Shown: positions 39,631-48,767, numbered from the stretch's first letter. The stretch is 58,219 bases of DNA from an uncultured Collinsella sp. (GCA_900549655.1 UROZ01000001.1:1-58219), one strand, 5' to 3'. Notes: generated from the letters alone by a model not told the origin. A program made the numbers and translations.

Positions 39631-39684
39631 AGAATCCCACTACCGAGGCTCTTGCGCGTGGTCGTTTGGTGCCATCTGGTGACA
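39631..39684 (-). promoter_or_regulatory. Box copy 7 plus -10 GATTCT
   Basis: TGTCACCAGATGGCACCAAA at 39665-39684 on the minus strand; GATTCT at 39631-39636. Confidence 0.75.
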
Positions 39685-39786
39685 CTTCAGTCTGTATCGC
39701 GAAGGCTTCAAAACATCCGGCATGTACGCTATGAGATATGAGACAATAGAACACGCGTTCGTTAGTAATTGGCATAAGGAGTCGGC

Positions 39787-40071
39787 GTGGGGAAGAAGTC
39801 AATCAGGCTCGTGACAGCACTGGTCGAGTGCCGGCCAGACGGAGAGTACAGCCCGTGGGGCATCAAATGGTACGACGGCAGGATCTTCCCCTTCGCAGAA
39901 GTCGGTTGGCACGAGCCGCGGTCATGGGTAATGGGGGAGCGCCGTGTGTGCGAGAGCTGGCGCGTGAAGATGGGGGATGGAACCCTGCGCGATATCTGCC
40001 ACCACGGCAGCAGCTGGTACGTGGTCCATGATCCGGAAAATGACAGACCGGATGAAGGATGGTCTCCGTAA
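39787..40071 (+). CDS. Small hypothetical protein
   Basis: RBS AAGGAG; PWGIKWYDGRIF motif. Confidence 0.6.
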   Translation: MGKKSIRLVTALVECRPDGEYSPWGIKWYDGRIFPFAEVGWHEPRSWVMGERRVCESWRVKMGDGTLRDICHHGSSWYVVHDPENDRPDEGWSP

Positions 40072-40097
40072 CCGAGATATCGTATTGGCAATAGCCG

Positions 40098-40200
40098 AAC
40101 TGTGATATGACTCAACTACGTGACAATGTAACTACGCAATAACGCAACTACGGCATAGTGTGACAATGTAATAGAGTGATTGTGTAATGCCGTAACTTCT
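40098..40200. repeat. Degenerate 16-bp-period tandem repeat
   Basis: AACTGTG/AACTACG/AACTACG/AACTACG/GACAATG/GATTGTG/AACT at 40098, 40114, 40130, 40146, 40162, 40178 and 40194. Confidence 0.65.
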
Positions 40201-40394
40201 CAAAATGAAAGTATGCATTAACGTAATTTCGCAGTTATCGGTACCATGATTTTCCAAAGCTGTCCTGGGTGGCCTCTTTCGTTACAGTTCACATTACATG
40301 AACGATGGAAGATCAATACATTTATTTTGAACCTCTGCGGTGATCGATGTGCTAGAATGTAATACACGTTATACGCATGATTGGGAGGTGCGCT

Positions 40395-40631
40395 ATGGCC
40401 ACTGCTACCGCGGCATTGAGGCTGCCCGAGGATTTAGCAAACAGGTACGACCGTTTGGCGAAATCAACGGGACGCACGAAGACTTTCTACATGACAGAAG
40501 CGCTCGCTGCCGAGATTGACAGGCTTGAGTACGAATACGGCCTATTGAAGAAGGTCGAGGATTACCGGGCCGGCAGGCTTGAGACCGTGACGCTCGACGA
40601 GCTGGAGGAAAGCCTTGGCTTGGCGGATTGA
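40395..40631 (+). CDS. RelB-type RHH antitoxin, copy 1
   Basis: ALRLPEDLANRYDRLAKSTGRTKTFY. Confidence 0.85.
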   Translation: MATATAALRLPEDLANRYDRLAKSTGRTKTFYMTEALAAEIDRLEYEYGLLKKVEDYRAGRLETVTLDELEESLGLAD

Positions 40632-40887
40632 GATCGACAAGGACGTCCAGCGTTCGATGAAGAAGCTGGACAAGCAGATCGCCAGGAGGATCGTGGCGAA
40701 ACTTCATGAGATTTCACAGCTCGAAGACCCGAGAAGCATGGGAAAGGGATTGACCGAGAACAAGTCAGGTCTCTGGCGCTACAGGGTCGGTGACTATCGG
40801 ATAGTCGCCGATATCGAGGACGATGTTCTCGTCATCCTTGTTGTCGATGTTGACCACCGAAGCAAGGTCTACAGGACTCGCAGGTAG
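40615..40887 (+). CDS. relE: RelE/StbE toxin, copy 1
   Basis: MKKLDKQIARRI...DPRSMGKGL...LWRYRVGDYRI...HRSKVY. Confidence 0.9.
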   Translation: MAWRIEIDKDVQRSMKKLDKQIARRIVAKLHEISQLEDPRSMGKGLTENKSGLWRYRVGDYRIVADIEDDVLVILVVDVDHRSKVYRTRR

Positions 40888-40907
40888 GCGGGTCGACACC
40901 GCTAACG

Positions 40908-40940
40908 AAACGGGGAGGGGTTTTGACCCTCCCCGTTTTT
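40908..40940. terminator. Bidirectional terminator
   Basis: AAACGGGGAGGG-ttttga-CCCTCCCCGTTTT; similar copy at about 47565-47594. Confidence 0.75.
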
Positions 40941-41505
40941 ACGCTTGCCACCACGGACGCCCATCGTACGGACGACCGTCGGGCAGCCTGTCGTACTCGC
41001 GCGGCCCCGTCTCCAGCAGCTCCTTGGCGCGGTCTGGGTCATAGCGCACATCCCAGGGAGAGCAGTAATACCATGCGGAATTGCCTCCGTATCGGGTAAG
41101 CCGCCACCGAGCTTCGGCAATCGGAACGAAGCCGAGATCGCACCACTGGTAGGCGGTGTGGTCGCGGCGGCCCTCCTGCAAGGTTTCCTCGTCGATGTGA
41201 GCCCCCCAACAATCGAGAAGGTCTTTGCGATGCTGTTCCGCGCGGGCGGCGCCCTCGATGCGCCCGCACTCATCGGCCTCGCGCTTCGCCTTGGCGTCGG
41301 CGCGGCGGCGGCGGTTGACCGCCTCGACGTCCTTTTTCGCCCAGGGGCGCGTCTGCTCGATGTTGTAGAACATCGCGGTCGTGTTTCCGTTCGGGGAGCG
41401 CCAAGTGCGCTCCACACCCTTTCCGAGCTGGCCTTTCTTGACATGGCGGTGCTTCTTCTCCCACTGTGCCGCGGTGCGCAGCTCGACGCCGTCAATCTCA
41501 ATCAT
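40939..41505 (-). CDS. Hypothetical protein
   Basis: 188 aa, RBS AAGGAGGTGA; its C-terminal part is homologous to 47593..47830. Confidence 0.75.
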   Translation of the reverse strand: MIEIDGVELRTAAQWEKKHRHVKKGQLGKGVERTWRSPNGNTTAMFYNIEQTRPWAKKDVEAVNRRRRADAKAKREADECGRIEGAARAEQHRKDLLDCWGAHIDEETLQEGRRDHTAYQWCDLGFVPIAEARWRLTRYGGNSAWYYCSPWDVRYDPDRAKELLETGPREYDRLPDGRPYDGRPWWQA

Positions 41506-41674
41506 GGCGGCTCACCTCCTTGGGCAGATCGCAGTCGAGGTATACGCGCACGTACCTGCTCTCGCCGCGGTTCGGGTACTCGCGGGAGCGCTCCAGAACG
41601 CACCCCGCCGCCTGCATCGCGTCGGCGATGCGCTGAACCTCGTCGGGCAGGCCCTCAAGACGAACCCTGACCAT
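41498..41674 (-). CDS. Small protein (58 aa, DUF3970-like; below the ORF-track cutoff)
   Basis: MVRVRLEGLPDEVQRIADAM...SREYPNRGESRYVRVYLD; RBS AAGGAGG; overlaps the next start. Confidence 0.7.
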   Translation of the reverse strand: MVRVRLEGLPDEVQRIADAMQAAGCVLERSREYPNRGESRYVRVYLDCDLPKEVSRHD

Positions 41675-41933
41675 GACAACCTCCTTGCCTTGAACCCTGC
41701 GCCACCGTCCGTGGCGCAGCCTAAGCGTACGGCTCCGAAAAAGTCCGAAAAAGTCTAGTTATCGCAGGTCAGACGTGCCATCGCGCAGGCGCACATGCAC
41801 GCGTATATTTACACGTGCGACCCCTCAAAAATATTTTTTCGCCAACCTCCGCGGCGACCGCGGGCGGCGGGATTGCCGCCGCGAACGGTCATGGCCATAG
41901 CCGGCGCCGATGTAGCTGAAGCTACCGCGGCGG

Positions 41934-43334
41934 CTAGTGCTTGTGGCCGCGGGGGCGTTTCTGTTCGGCCTGCGGCGGCTCGGGCTTGCGAGGCGCGGGG
42001 TCCTCGCCCGCGAGCCTCGCCCGCTCGTCAGCGAGCTTGCTGCGCTCGATGCCCAGTCCCGCGGCCTTGAGCAGGGGGCCGGACAGCATCGCAGCGCTGT
42101 TGCCGCCCTGCAGCTGGCGAATCTTGAGGTCAAGTGCGGCAATTTGCTCGTCGAGCTGAGCGATCATCTCCGCGCGGGTATCGACCTGATCCGCGGTGGC
42201 CATGGCCACGCGGCGCTGGGCATCGGCGGCCGCGGCGGCGGTGGCCATGGCCACGCGGCGGCGCTTGGCCAGCGCGCCCCTGTGCCTGCCCTGGGCGCGA
42301 CCGCGCTTAGCCTTCTCGATGCGGCCGCGCTGACGCTCGAACTCCGCGACTTCCCGTTGCAGCTGCTCGAGGGCGGCGCCCTCCTGCTGCAGCTCTGCGC
42401 GAAGGACCCGCAGGCGGGCGTTGCGGTCGCGTATCTCTTTATTCAGCTTGACGCGATCGGCGTGCCCGATTAGCCCGGTGCCGCCCTCATGCACGGTCGG
42501 CTGCTCATCCAGCCCTCTATCTTTATTGCTGCGATGGTCGATAACCTGTGCCGTGGTTCCCGTTGCGGCGGCGTGTGCCGCGAGGTGCCTGTTGGCGATC
42601 TCTGCCCAAGCCGCGCGGACGGCCATGAGTTCAGCGCTACCGACGTCGCGCGCGGCCTGACCCGAGATACGGTGCATCTGCACCGGCCTCTTACTCGTGC
42701 GGTCCTTCGTACCCAGGCCCTCGGCCTTCGCCTGCTTCATGGTCAGGCGGCGGCCATCCTTGAAGTTATATATCTTCTCCCAGCCATCTGCTTTGGCTGC
42801 CTTCCAATCGGTTGCGCGGATGGGTGCCTGCTGCCCATGTGCATCCTGGCACAGATACCAGCACTGCCCCTTCTCGGCCTTGGTCCTCTGGATGAAGCCC
42901 TGAGCGCCAAGGTCGAGCGCGGAGACGAGGACGTGAGCGTGGGGGTTCCCGCCGCTGCCGTCATCATGTATCGACCAGTCGCACGCCTTCGCGGGGAACA
43001 TCCCGCAGAAGTCGCGCACGCAGGCGCGGCGGCCGTCGGCATCGAGCTCGATCGGCAACGCAAACTCATAGCGCAGCGCGACGAGCTCGTTGCCGCCGCC
43101 GCCCTCGGCCCATGCCCGCTCGGCCACGTTCCAGAGCTCGCCGCGCCCGATGGGCGGCACGCCACCGGGCAGAGACAGACCCTCCTCGACGACGCGTTCC
43201 TTCCTGGCATAGTCGCAGAGCTGCCCCGTCCGCTCTTCCACAAGCGCCTGGCCCGACTGGTACGCGGCCTTCCTGACCGCGCCCGCCCCGGTGGCGGGCG
43301 AGCAGCCGCGGTAGTTCAGATGGAAGATGGCCAT
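41934..43334 (-). CDS. mobA: MobA/MobL (MOBQ) relaxase
   Basis: MAIFHL...AAYQSG (catalytic Tyr), ELWN..E, EFALP.EL, IHDD...NPHAHVL (HUH motif), IDHRS. Confidence 0.93.
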   Translation of the reverse strand: MAIFHLNYRGCSPATGAGAVRKAAYQSGQALVEERTGQLCDYARKERVVEEGLSLPGGVPPIGRGELWNVAERAWAEGGGGNELVALRYEFALPIELDADGRRACVRDFCGMFPAKACDWSIHDDGSGGNPHAHVLVSALDLGAQGFIQRTKAEKGQCWYLCQDAHGQQAPIRATDWKAAKADGWEKIYNFKDGRRLTMKQAKAEGLGTKDRTSKRPVQMHRISGQAARDVGSAELMAVRAAWAEIANRHLAAHAAATGTTAQVIDHRSNKDRGLDEQPTVHEGGTGLIGHADRVKLNKEIRDRNARLRVLRAELQQEGAALEQLQREVAEFERQRGRIEKAKRGRAQGRHRGALAKRRRVAMATAAAAADAQRRVAMATADQVDTRAEMIAQLDEQIAALDLKIRQLQGGNSAAMLSGPLLKAAGLGIERSKLADERARLAGEDPAPRKPEPPQAEQKRPRGHKH

Positions 43335-43536
43335 GCGAGTTCCTTTCAGGCAAGGGGCGCAGATGCGCCCCGCGCAGCGGCGCGGAGTGCCGTGAGCCGC
43401 GGTCGGCGAACGGTGCCCGCGGCGCGAAGCGCAAGGGAGCGCAGCGACCGCGCAGCCCGACCCCGTAGACGTGAGCCGTCTCAGGCGAACGGCTTCGGGG
43501 TCGGGCGTAGGGCCGTCTGCCAAGACCGCACGCAGT

Positions 43537-43583
43537 GCAGGACTTTTGACGCATCGCGGCAAAAGTACTGCCAAGTGCGCACT
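43537..43583 (+). other. MOBQ-type oriT; predicted nic between 43579 and 43580
   Basis: Inverted repeat GCAGGACTTTTG (43537-48)/CAAAAGTACTGC (43560-71), followed by CAAGTGCG^CACT, the same layout as RSF1010-type IR + TAAGTGCG^CCCT; lies between divergent mob genes. Confidence 0.85.
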
Positions 43584-43615
43584 ACCTCTGGTAGTGATAT
43601 ACCCAGCTCGCGAAA
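43581..43615 (+). other. Protospacer for CRISPR spacer 1 with 3' flank CGAAA
   Basis: ACTACCTCTGGTAGTGATATACCCAGCTCG is identical to 27059-27088. Confidence 0.97.
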
Positions 43616-43685
43616 TTTTACCGTGAGTATGGGTATATTTTGCTGCAAAGACAAAACACTAACGAGCAAGGAAGGGCGGTCATTT

Positions 43686-44009
43686 ATGACGGCATCCATC
43701 GACGAGCAGATTGCACGTAAGAGGGCCGCGGCCGACAAGCAGGCAGCTCGCGCCGCCGCGCTGAAGAAGGAGCTGAGGGACCTCGAGAAGAAGAAGGCCG
43801 CGGCCGAGCGGAAGGCCCGCACGCACCGCTTGGTCGAGGTCGGCGCGATCCTCGAGCAGACCTCTGGCATGACCTTCGATACCGAGGACAGCCGCCGCGC
43901 CCTGTCCGTCGCGCTGACCGAGCAGCTGCGGTACACGGACGGCACGCCGTTCACCCGCGGCGGCCAGATCGCCGAGGCCGTCGGCATGCTGCTGGGGGAT
44001 CAGAAATGA
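43686..44009 (+). CDS. Relaxase accessory protein (MobC/MobS/TraD-like)
   Basis: Coiled coil plus ERKARTHRLVEVGAILE; divergent from mobA across oriT. Confidence 0.75.
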   Translation: MTASIDEQIARKRAAADKQAARAAALKKELRDLEKKKAAAERKARTHRLVEVGAILEQTSGMTFDTEDSRRALSVALTEQLRYTDGTPFTRGGQIAEAVGMLLGDQK

Positions 44010-44332
44010 ACGTCACCATCACTTTTGCAAACAAGGTCGAGAGCTACTACACCCGCGCCGATGGCTCGGCGGCGCTGAGCAAGGACGTGCTCGAGCTCAA
44101 CGCCGACGGCTCGGCGGCGGTGCTCTGGAGCCGCCTCGAGTTCGACAGGGGCGGCGGCGATGACGGGACCAAGCCCCGGACCGAAAGGGGCTTCAGCCGC
44201 GAGGTGCTGCGCCTGCCGCCCGCGGCGGCACTCGGCCCCGGCGGCAGCCTGGACGAGTTCTGGACCCGCGCCGCCCAGCACTGCGGCGTGGCCGAGGTCG
44301 AGATCGACGGCAAGCTCGTGTACCCGTTCTAA
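44006..44332 (+). CDS. Hypothetical protein
   Basis: Coupled (ATGA) to the upstream gene; followed by a hairpin at 44355-44394. Confidence 0.65.
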   Translation: MNVTITFANKVESYYTRADGSAALSKDVLELNADGSAAVLWSRLEFDRGGGDDGTKPRTERGFSREVLRLPPAAALGPGGSLDEFWTRAAQHCGVAEVEIDGKLVYPF

Positions 44333-44395
44333 ACCTGCCGCCGCGATGAAAACCGAAGAGCCCCGCGGGGCCTTTGAGGGTCCGCGGGGTTCTTG

Positions 44396-44869
44396 TCATT
44401 CTCCCCCCGGCCCGAGCAGCCTCATGGCCATGCGCCCGCGCCTCCACCACGGCGTTGCCGCAATCGCCTGCTGGCGCTCGGCAAGCGACGCGAGCTTGCC
44501 GGCGAGCTCCGCGACCCTCGCGTTCGCCTCGGCGAGTTGCGCCTTGGCCTCGGCCTCGGCGCGGGCGGCGCGGTCGCGCTCGGCCGCAAGTGCCTCCATT
44601 AGCTCGGCGTTGCGGGACCGTTCGATTTCCAGTTGGGCGGCCAGGGAGTCAACCAGGGAGTCCGGGGCGGGCGCAGCGGCCGGCTGGCGGGACGGTTTGC
44701 CGGGGTTCTTCAGGGCGTCGGCGATGGCCGCGGCGGCGAAGTCATCGAGAAAATCGGTATTCCCGTTTCGTGAAACATGGTTTCCCAGTCCCAGTTTCTC
44801 GATGTAGTTCGCGACTGTGCGCTTTGAGACGCCCAGTTCAGACGCTATTTCACGCTTCGTTATGCCCAT
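44396..44869 (-). CDS. HTH plus coiled-coil protein (DUF536-like)
   Basis: TKREIASELGVSKRTV HTH; C-terminal PWWRR. Confidence 0.75.
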   Translation of the reverse strand: MGITKREIASELGVSKRTVANYIEKLGLGNHVSRNGNTDFLDDFAAAAIADALKNPGKPSRQPAAAPAPDSLVDSLAAQLEIERSRNAELMEALAAERDRAARAEAEAKAQLAEANARVAELAGKLASLAERQQAIAATPWWRRGRMAMRLLGPGGE

Positions 44870-46760
44870 TGTTCAACCTATCGTCAATCGGGAATGTTTC
44901 CCGGGAAACATCGAGAAGTTTCACGGTAGTTCCCGATGATTTTACCGTTTCGCGTTCCCGTTTTTCCCGTTTCTCGTTCTCCACGTCGACACGTTTCCAG
45001 TACTCCTCGACCCCGGTATCCAAACCGATGGCCTTCTGCGTGAGCTCCAACCTGGTCATGGCGGACTGCGGCGGGCTCAGGTACCCGCGGTCATTGGCGC
45101 TCGACGAGTACTGGTCGAGCGCTGCCCTGAGCTCGACCATCGCGGGGTTGTACAGCTCGTACAGATCATCCGGCTTCGGTTTTTCCGGCTCGGTGGCGCC
45201 CTTCGGCACATCCTTCAGCCACTTGATGACGGTCGGGCGTGAGATGCCGAGAGCACGGGCGATCTCACTATGGTTGGCGTCGGGGTGCTCTGCGGCGTAC
45301 TCGCGAACGAGATCGGCCTTCGGCTTTCGTCCGTTGCCCTCGCGCCAGTTTGTGCCGTTGAACCTGTCATTGACCTCCTGGACAGCCCGGGCACCAGCAA
45401 GATGCACATCCTGCTTGCGCCCGTTCCTCTTGTTTTTTGGCAGCTCGATAGCCGTGCGCCGTTCTATGCGCTCGCGGGTTAACTTGTGGATGATGGGGTC
45501 GTAGTACGCCCCAATCGCGGAGAGTGCGTCATCCTCGGTGAAGTGGTTGTCCTCGCGCTCCGTCAGGCCCTCGAGTGTCGGCACGAGCGCAATCGCGTCG
45601 GCCTCGAGCTCGTCATACGGGATACCGCACTTATTGGCGTAGGCGGCCAGGACATTGAGGCACCAGTAGCGGTGGTGGTCGGTGGCCTTCGTCTCGACCT
45701 CCCCACGCCACCAATCGTAAAGGTCGCGCTTGCAGGTCCAGCGCCCGGGGGCCTTGCCCTCGACGATGCGCGCCTGGTACCACTCCGGCCAGAGCTTCTT
45801 GGCGCGCTCGATGGGGGTCCGCCCGGCGGTGCGCATGAGCTCCATGAACTCGTCGCGCTTCTTCCCGCCGCGAACGCCCGCGTAGCCGAGCAGGTAGTCC
45901 ATGCTGCAGAGCCAAGGTTTCCCGTCCTCGCCGTTGTGCACGAACGCCACGGCCTCGTACTTGTCCTTGATTTTCGACCTCTCGGTCTTGCCGTTCAGCT
46001 TCGTCGGCGTGCCGGGCATCCTGAAGGGCTGGTAGATGCCCTGGTGCTGGACTTCCTCGAGCGTCGAGACGGTGTCGCGCCAGATGTAGTCCGTGAGCAT
46101 CGCCTTGAACTCCTGCAGAAATGGCACGACACGCGGCACCAGCGGGATCGGCTGGTCAAGCACGTAGTAGAGGTGGAAACCCGTACCCGAGTTCACGAGA
46201 AAGGTCGGTTGGGGAAGGGACACCCACTTATCTGCCGCAAACGCCGGATCACGGCCGTTGCGGAACTGCTTCAGCATATTCTTCAGCTCCTGCACGCCGA
46301 CGCCGTCGAGGTCGATCGCGAACGCGTGCAGGAACCGGGCGTTCGCGGCAACGCGGCTCTTGCCAAAATACGACACGGGTGCGCAAAAGACGGACTCGTT
46401 CTTCCTGTTCGAGTCGACGACGCGCTCCTCAACTCCGTCGAGGTCGTCGGTCAGCGTGAACCGCTCGATCACGGGGACATCGTGCTCGATGCCCGTCTTG
46501 GTCTTGACTGTCTTGGTCTTATGGGTGATCTGGATGACGATGCCGTTGGGATGGCCGCCACCCCTCTCATGCCACGGGACCACCTCACCGCGGGGCTGCA
46601 GGAAGCCATCGGGGAAGATAGTCCGCCAGAAGTCGTACGGGCTGACCCATTCCCAGGACGGATAGTCGGACAGAAGGATGTCGTTCTTCTCTATGTAGGC
46701 ATGGCGCTGGGCTGCCCACCAGGCGTCATCATGCCCGGGTTTCTTCTTGCGATCTGCCAC
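44850..46760 (-). CDS. Plasmid replication initiator (AEP-like with HTH)
   Basis: IDLD, SGTGFHLYY, RMPGT motifs; C-terminal HTH HSEIARALGISRPTVIKWL. Confidence 0.8.
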   Translation of the reverse strand: MADRKKKPGHDDAWWAAQRHAYIEKNDILLSDYPSWEWVSPYDFWRTIFPDGFLQPRGEVVPWHERGGGHPNGIVIQITHKTKTVKTKTGIEHDVPVIERFTLTDDLDGVEERVVDSNRKNESVFCAPVSYFGKSRVAANARFLHAFAIDLDGVGVQELKNMLKQFRNGRDPAFAADKWVSLPQPTFLVNSGTGFHLYYVLDQPIPLVPRVVPFLQEFKAMLTDYIWRDTVSTLEEVQHQGIYQPFRMPGTPTKLNGKTERSKIKDKYEAVAFVHNGEDGKPWLCSMDYLLGYAGVRGGKKRDEFMELMRTAGRTPIERAKKLWPEWYQARIVEGKAPGRWTCKRDLYDWWRGEVETKATDHHRYWCLNVLAAYANKCGIPYDELEADAIALVPTLEGLTEREDNHFTEDDALSAIGAYYDPIIHKLTRERIERRTAIELPKNKRNGRKQDVHLAGARAVQEVNDRFNGTNWREGNGRKPKADLVREYAAEHPDANHSEIARALGISRPTVIKWLKDVPKGATEPEKPKPDDLYELYNPAMVELRAALDQYSSSANDRGYLSPPQSAMTRLELTQKAIGLDTGVEEYWKRVDVENEKREKRERETVKSSGTTVKLLDVSRETFPIDDRLNNGHNEA

Positions 46761-46782
46761 TGAACACCACCCTCCATACCAG

Positions 46783-46963
46783 CCGCCCCCGAGGGCTAAG
46801 GCTATGCCTTTACAGGACGTATATTATCAATACATTTATTTTACACCCCTGCGGCAAAAAAAATTGGGCTGCGAAACCCGCGATCATGGCCCGCCCCCGG
46901 GGGGTAAGGCCCTGCCTTTACAGGACGTATATTATCAATATATTTATTGTACACCCCTGCGGC
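46783..46963. repeat. Two 73-bp direct repeats upstream of rep (putative ori/iterons)
   Basis: 46783-46855 and 46891-46963 share TGCCTTTACAGGACGTATATTATCAATA.ATTTATT.TACACCCCTGCGGC. Confidence 0.85.
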
Positions 46964-47011
46964 CATCTGTATAACGTGTTTTACACCTATACGGCGAATG
47001 GTGTGCTAGAA

Positions 47012-47029
47012 TGTATAACGTGTTATACA
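47012..47029. promoter_or_regulatory. TA operator palindrome next to an extended -10
   Basis: TGTATAAC-GT-GTTATACA immediately after TGCTAGAAT. Confidence 0.6.
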
Positions 47030-47048
47030 GATGATTGGGAGGTGCACC

Positions 47049-47285
47049 GTGGCAACTGCTACCGCGGCATTGAGGATGCCCGAGGACTTGGCAATCAGGT
47101 ACGACCGTTTGGCGAAATCAACGGGACGCACGAAGACTTTCTACATGACAGAAGCGCTCGCTGCCGAGATTGACAGGCTTGAGTACGAATACGGCCTATT
47201 GAAGAAGGTCGAGGATTACCGGGCCGGCAGGCTTGAGACCGTGACGCTCGACGAGCTGGAGGAAAGCCTTGGCTTGGCGGATTGA
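47049..47285 (+). CDS. RelB-type antitoxin, copy 2
   Basis: Near-identical to copy 1. Confidence 0.85.
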   Translation: MATATAALRMPEDLAIRYDRLAKSTGRTKTFYMTEALAAEIDRLEYEYGLLKKVEDYRAGRLETVTLDELEESLGLAD

Positions 47286-47541
47286 GATCGACAAGGACGT
47301 CCAGCGTTCGATGAAGAAGCTGGACAAGCAGATCGCCAAGAGGATCGTGGCGAAACTTCATGAGATTTCACAGCTCGAAGACCCGAGGAGCATGGGAAAG
47401 GGCTTGACTGAAAATAAGTCTGGTCTATGGCGCTACAGGGTCGGAGACTATCGGATAGTTGTCGATATCGAGGACGATGTTCTCGTCATCCTTGTTGTCG
47501 ATGTAGACCACCGAAGCAGGGTTTACAGGACTCGCAGGTAG
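47269..47541 (+). CDS. relE: RelE/StbE toxin, copy 2
   Basis: 3 aa differences from copy 1. Confidence 0.9.
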   Translation: MAWRIEIDKDVQRSMKKLDKQIAKRIVAKLHEISQLEDPRSMGKGLTENKSGLWRYRVGDYRIVVDIEDDVLVILVVDVDHRSRVYRTRR

Positions 47542-47592
47542 GCTGGTCGACACCGCTGACGCAACGGGGAGGGTTTTTGACCCTCCCCGTTT

Positions 47593-47830
47593 TTACGCTT
47601 GCCAACAGGGGTGGCCGTCGTAGGGCCCGCCGTCTGGAAGTCGGTCGTACTCCCGCGGCCCCGTTTCCAGCAGCTCCTTGGCGCGAGCGAGGTCGTAGCG
47701 CACGTCCCATTTGCTGCAGCAATACCAACTCGAATCGCCGTGGCCATAGGTGACGGGCTTCCATCGCGTGTCGACGATCGGGACGAACTCCAGGACACAC
47801 CACCGATAAGCCGTGTTTTCGATGTAACTG
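47593..47830 (-). pseudogene. 5'-truncated homologue of 40939..41505
   Basis: TAYRWC.L.FVPI...WYCCS.WDVRYD..RAKELLETGPREYDRLPDG; the N-terminal part is replaced by a repeat tract. Confidence 0.7.
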
Positions 47831-48001
47831 TCCTGCAGGTTGGCCTCGCTGATGGTGTCGATGGTGCCGCCCCAACGGCATAACGTAGCTACGTGATAAC
47901 GGAACTGTGCAATATCGTAACTATGTAATTTCTGACTAAATGAATTTCCTAACAAACGAAAAGCCCCTGATCAGGGCAGGGGCTTACGGATTTGTGAGCT
48001 A

Positions 48002-48766
48002 TTAATGTCGCGTTGAACGCTCTCTCATATCGAGCGATTTCTTAAGGTTTTCCGTACCGGCGACGCTATGGCCCAAAAGGCCATCGAGTCCCGATCTCAG
48101 CGCCGCTACATCTGCCGCCGAAGCCCCAGCACGCAGGATCTTCGAGTCGAGCAGCGATCTCATGAAGCGTTCCGGAGTCTTTTCCGAGATGATCGCCTCG
48201 ACCTCCTTGGAGATTCGGTTCGGATCGCGGTCAACGGGAACCGTCGGCATCTCCTTGGATGAGACGGGGTGTGCCCCGTTGTTCCTGAGCCAATACCTGA
48301 ACTCGGTATCGACATCCTCGGGAACCTCGACCTTGATCTCGTTAGTTTTCTCATCGATCACGAGGGTGCCGTAAAGAGAGTCGCGCTCGGCGTTCTCCAC
48401 CATCCCCTCGAGCTCGAGGATGCCCATAAGGATAGGGAACTCCATTAAGTTCTCGAATCCAGGCCTAAGATACCCGGTTAACCCGTTTTTATCACATTGG
48501 TAAGGGATTACGGCGAAATAACCGTTGTGCGAGAGTTCCGGCCATCCGAACTTGAGAGCGGTCTCCACTTTATGCGAGACATGGGCCATGGGAACGATGC
48601 CGCCGCGTGAGAAGGGTTGAACGAAGACGCCCTCGCGTCCTTTCGGATCTCTCTCAACCTTGAGCAGGATGTCATGGGGCTGTGTTGTGAAGTAAACGTT
48701 CGCCGGCAAGTACTGGACACTAAATATATGGACACATGGCTCCCCATGATCATCCACAAGATGCAT
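48002..48766 (-). CDS. Hypothetical protein
   Basis: Start MHLVDD after RBS AGGAGG; hairpin at 47960-47984 downstream. Confidence 0.7.
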   Translation of the reverse strand: MHLVDDHGEPCVHIFSVQYLPANVYFTTQPHDILLKVERDPKGREGVFVQPFSRGGIVPMAHVSHKVETALKFGWPELSHNGYFAVIPYQCDKNGLTGYLRPGFENLMEFPILMGILELEGMVENAERDSLYGTLVIDEKTNEIKVEVPEDVDTEFRYWLRNNGAHPVSSKEMPTVPVDRDPNRISKEVEAIISEKTPERFMRSLLDSKILRAGASAADVAALRSGLDGLLGHSVAGTENLKKSLDMRERSTRH

Positions 48767-48767
48767 A

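Larger units (their letters stand above)
40348..47002. mobile_element. Co-integrated small mobilizable (MOBQ) plasmid, 6654-bp unit
   Basis: Contains rep, 73-bp direct repeats, mobA, oriT, a mobC-like gene and a TA module; bounded by directly repeated TA loci offset by 6654 bp. Confidence 0.85.

Noticed and set aside
42489..43685. 506-aa plus-strand ORF and the 80-aa extension of mobA
   Set aside because: GC-rich antisense or through-oriT reading; real starts are 43686 and 43334.
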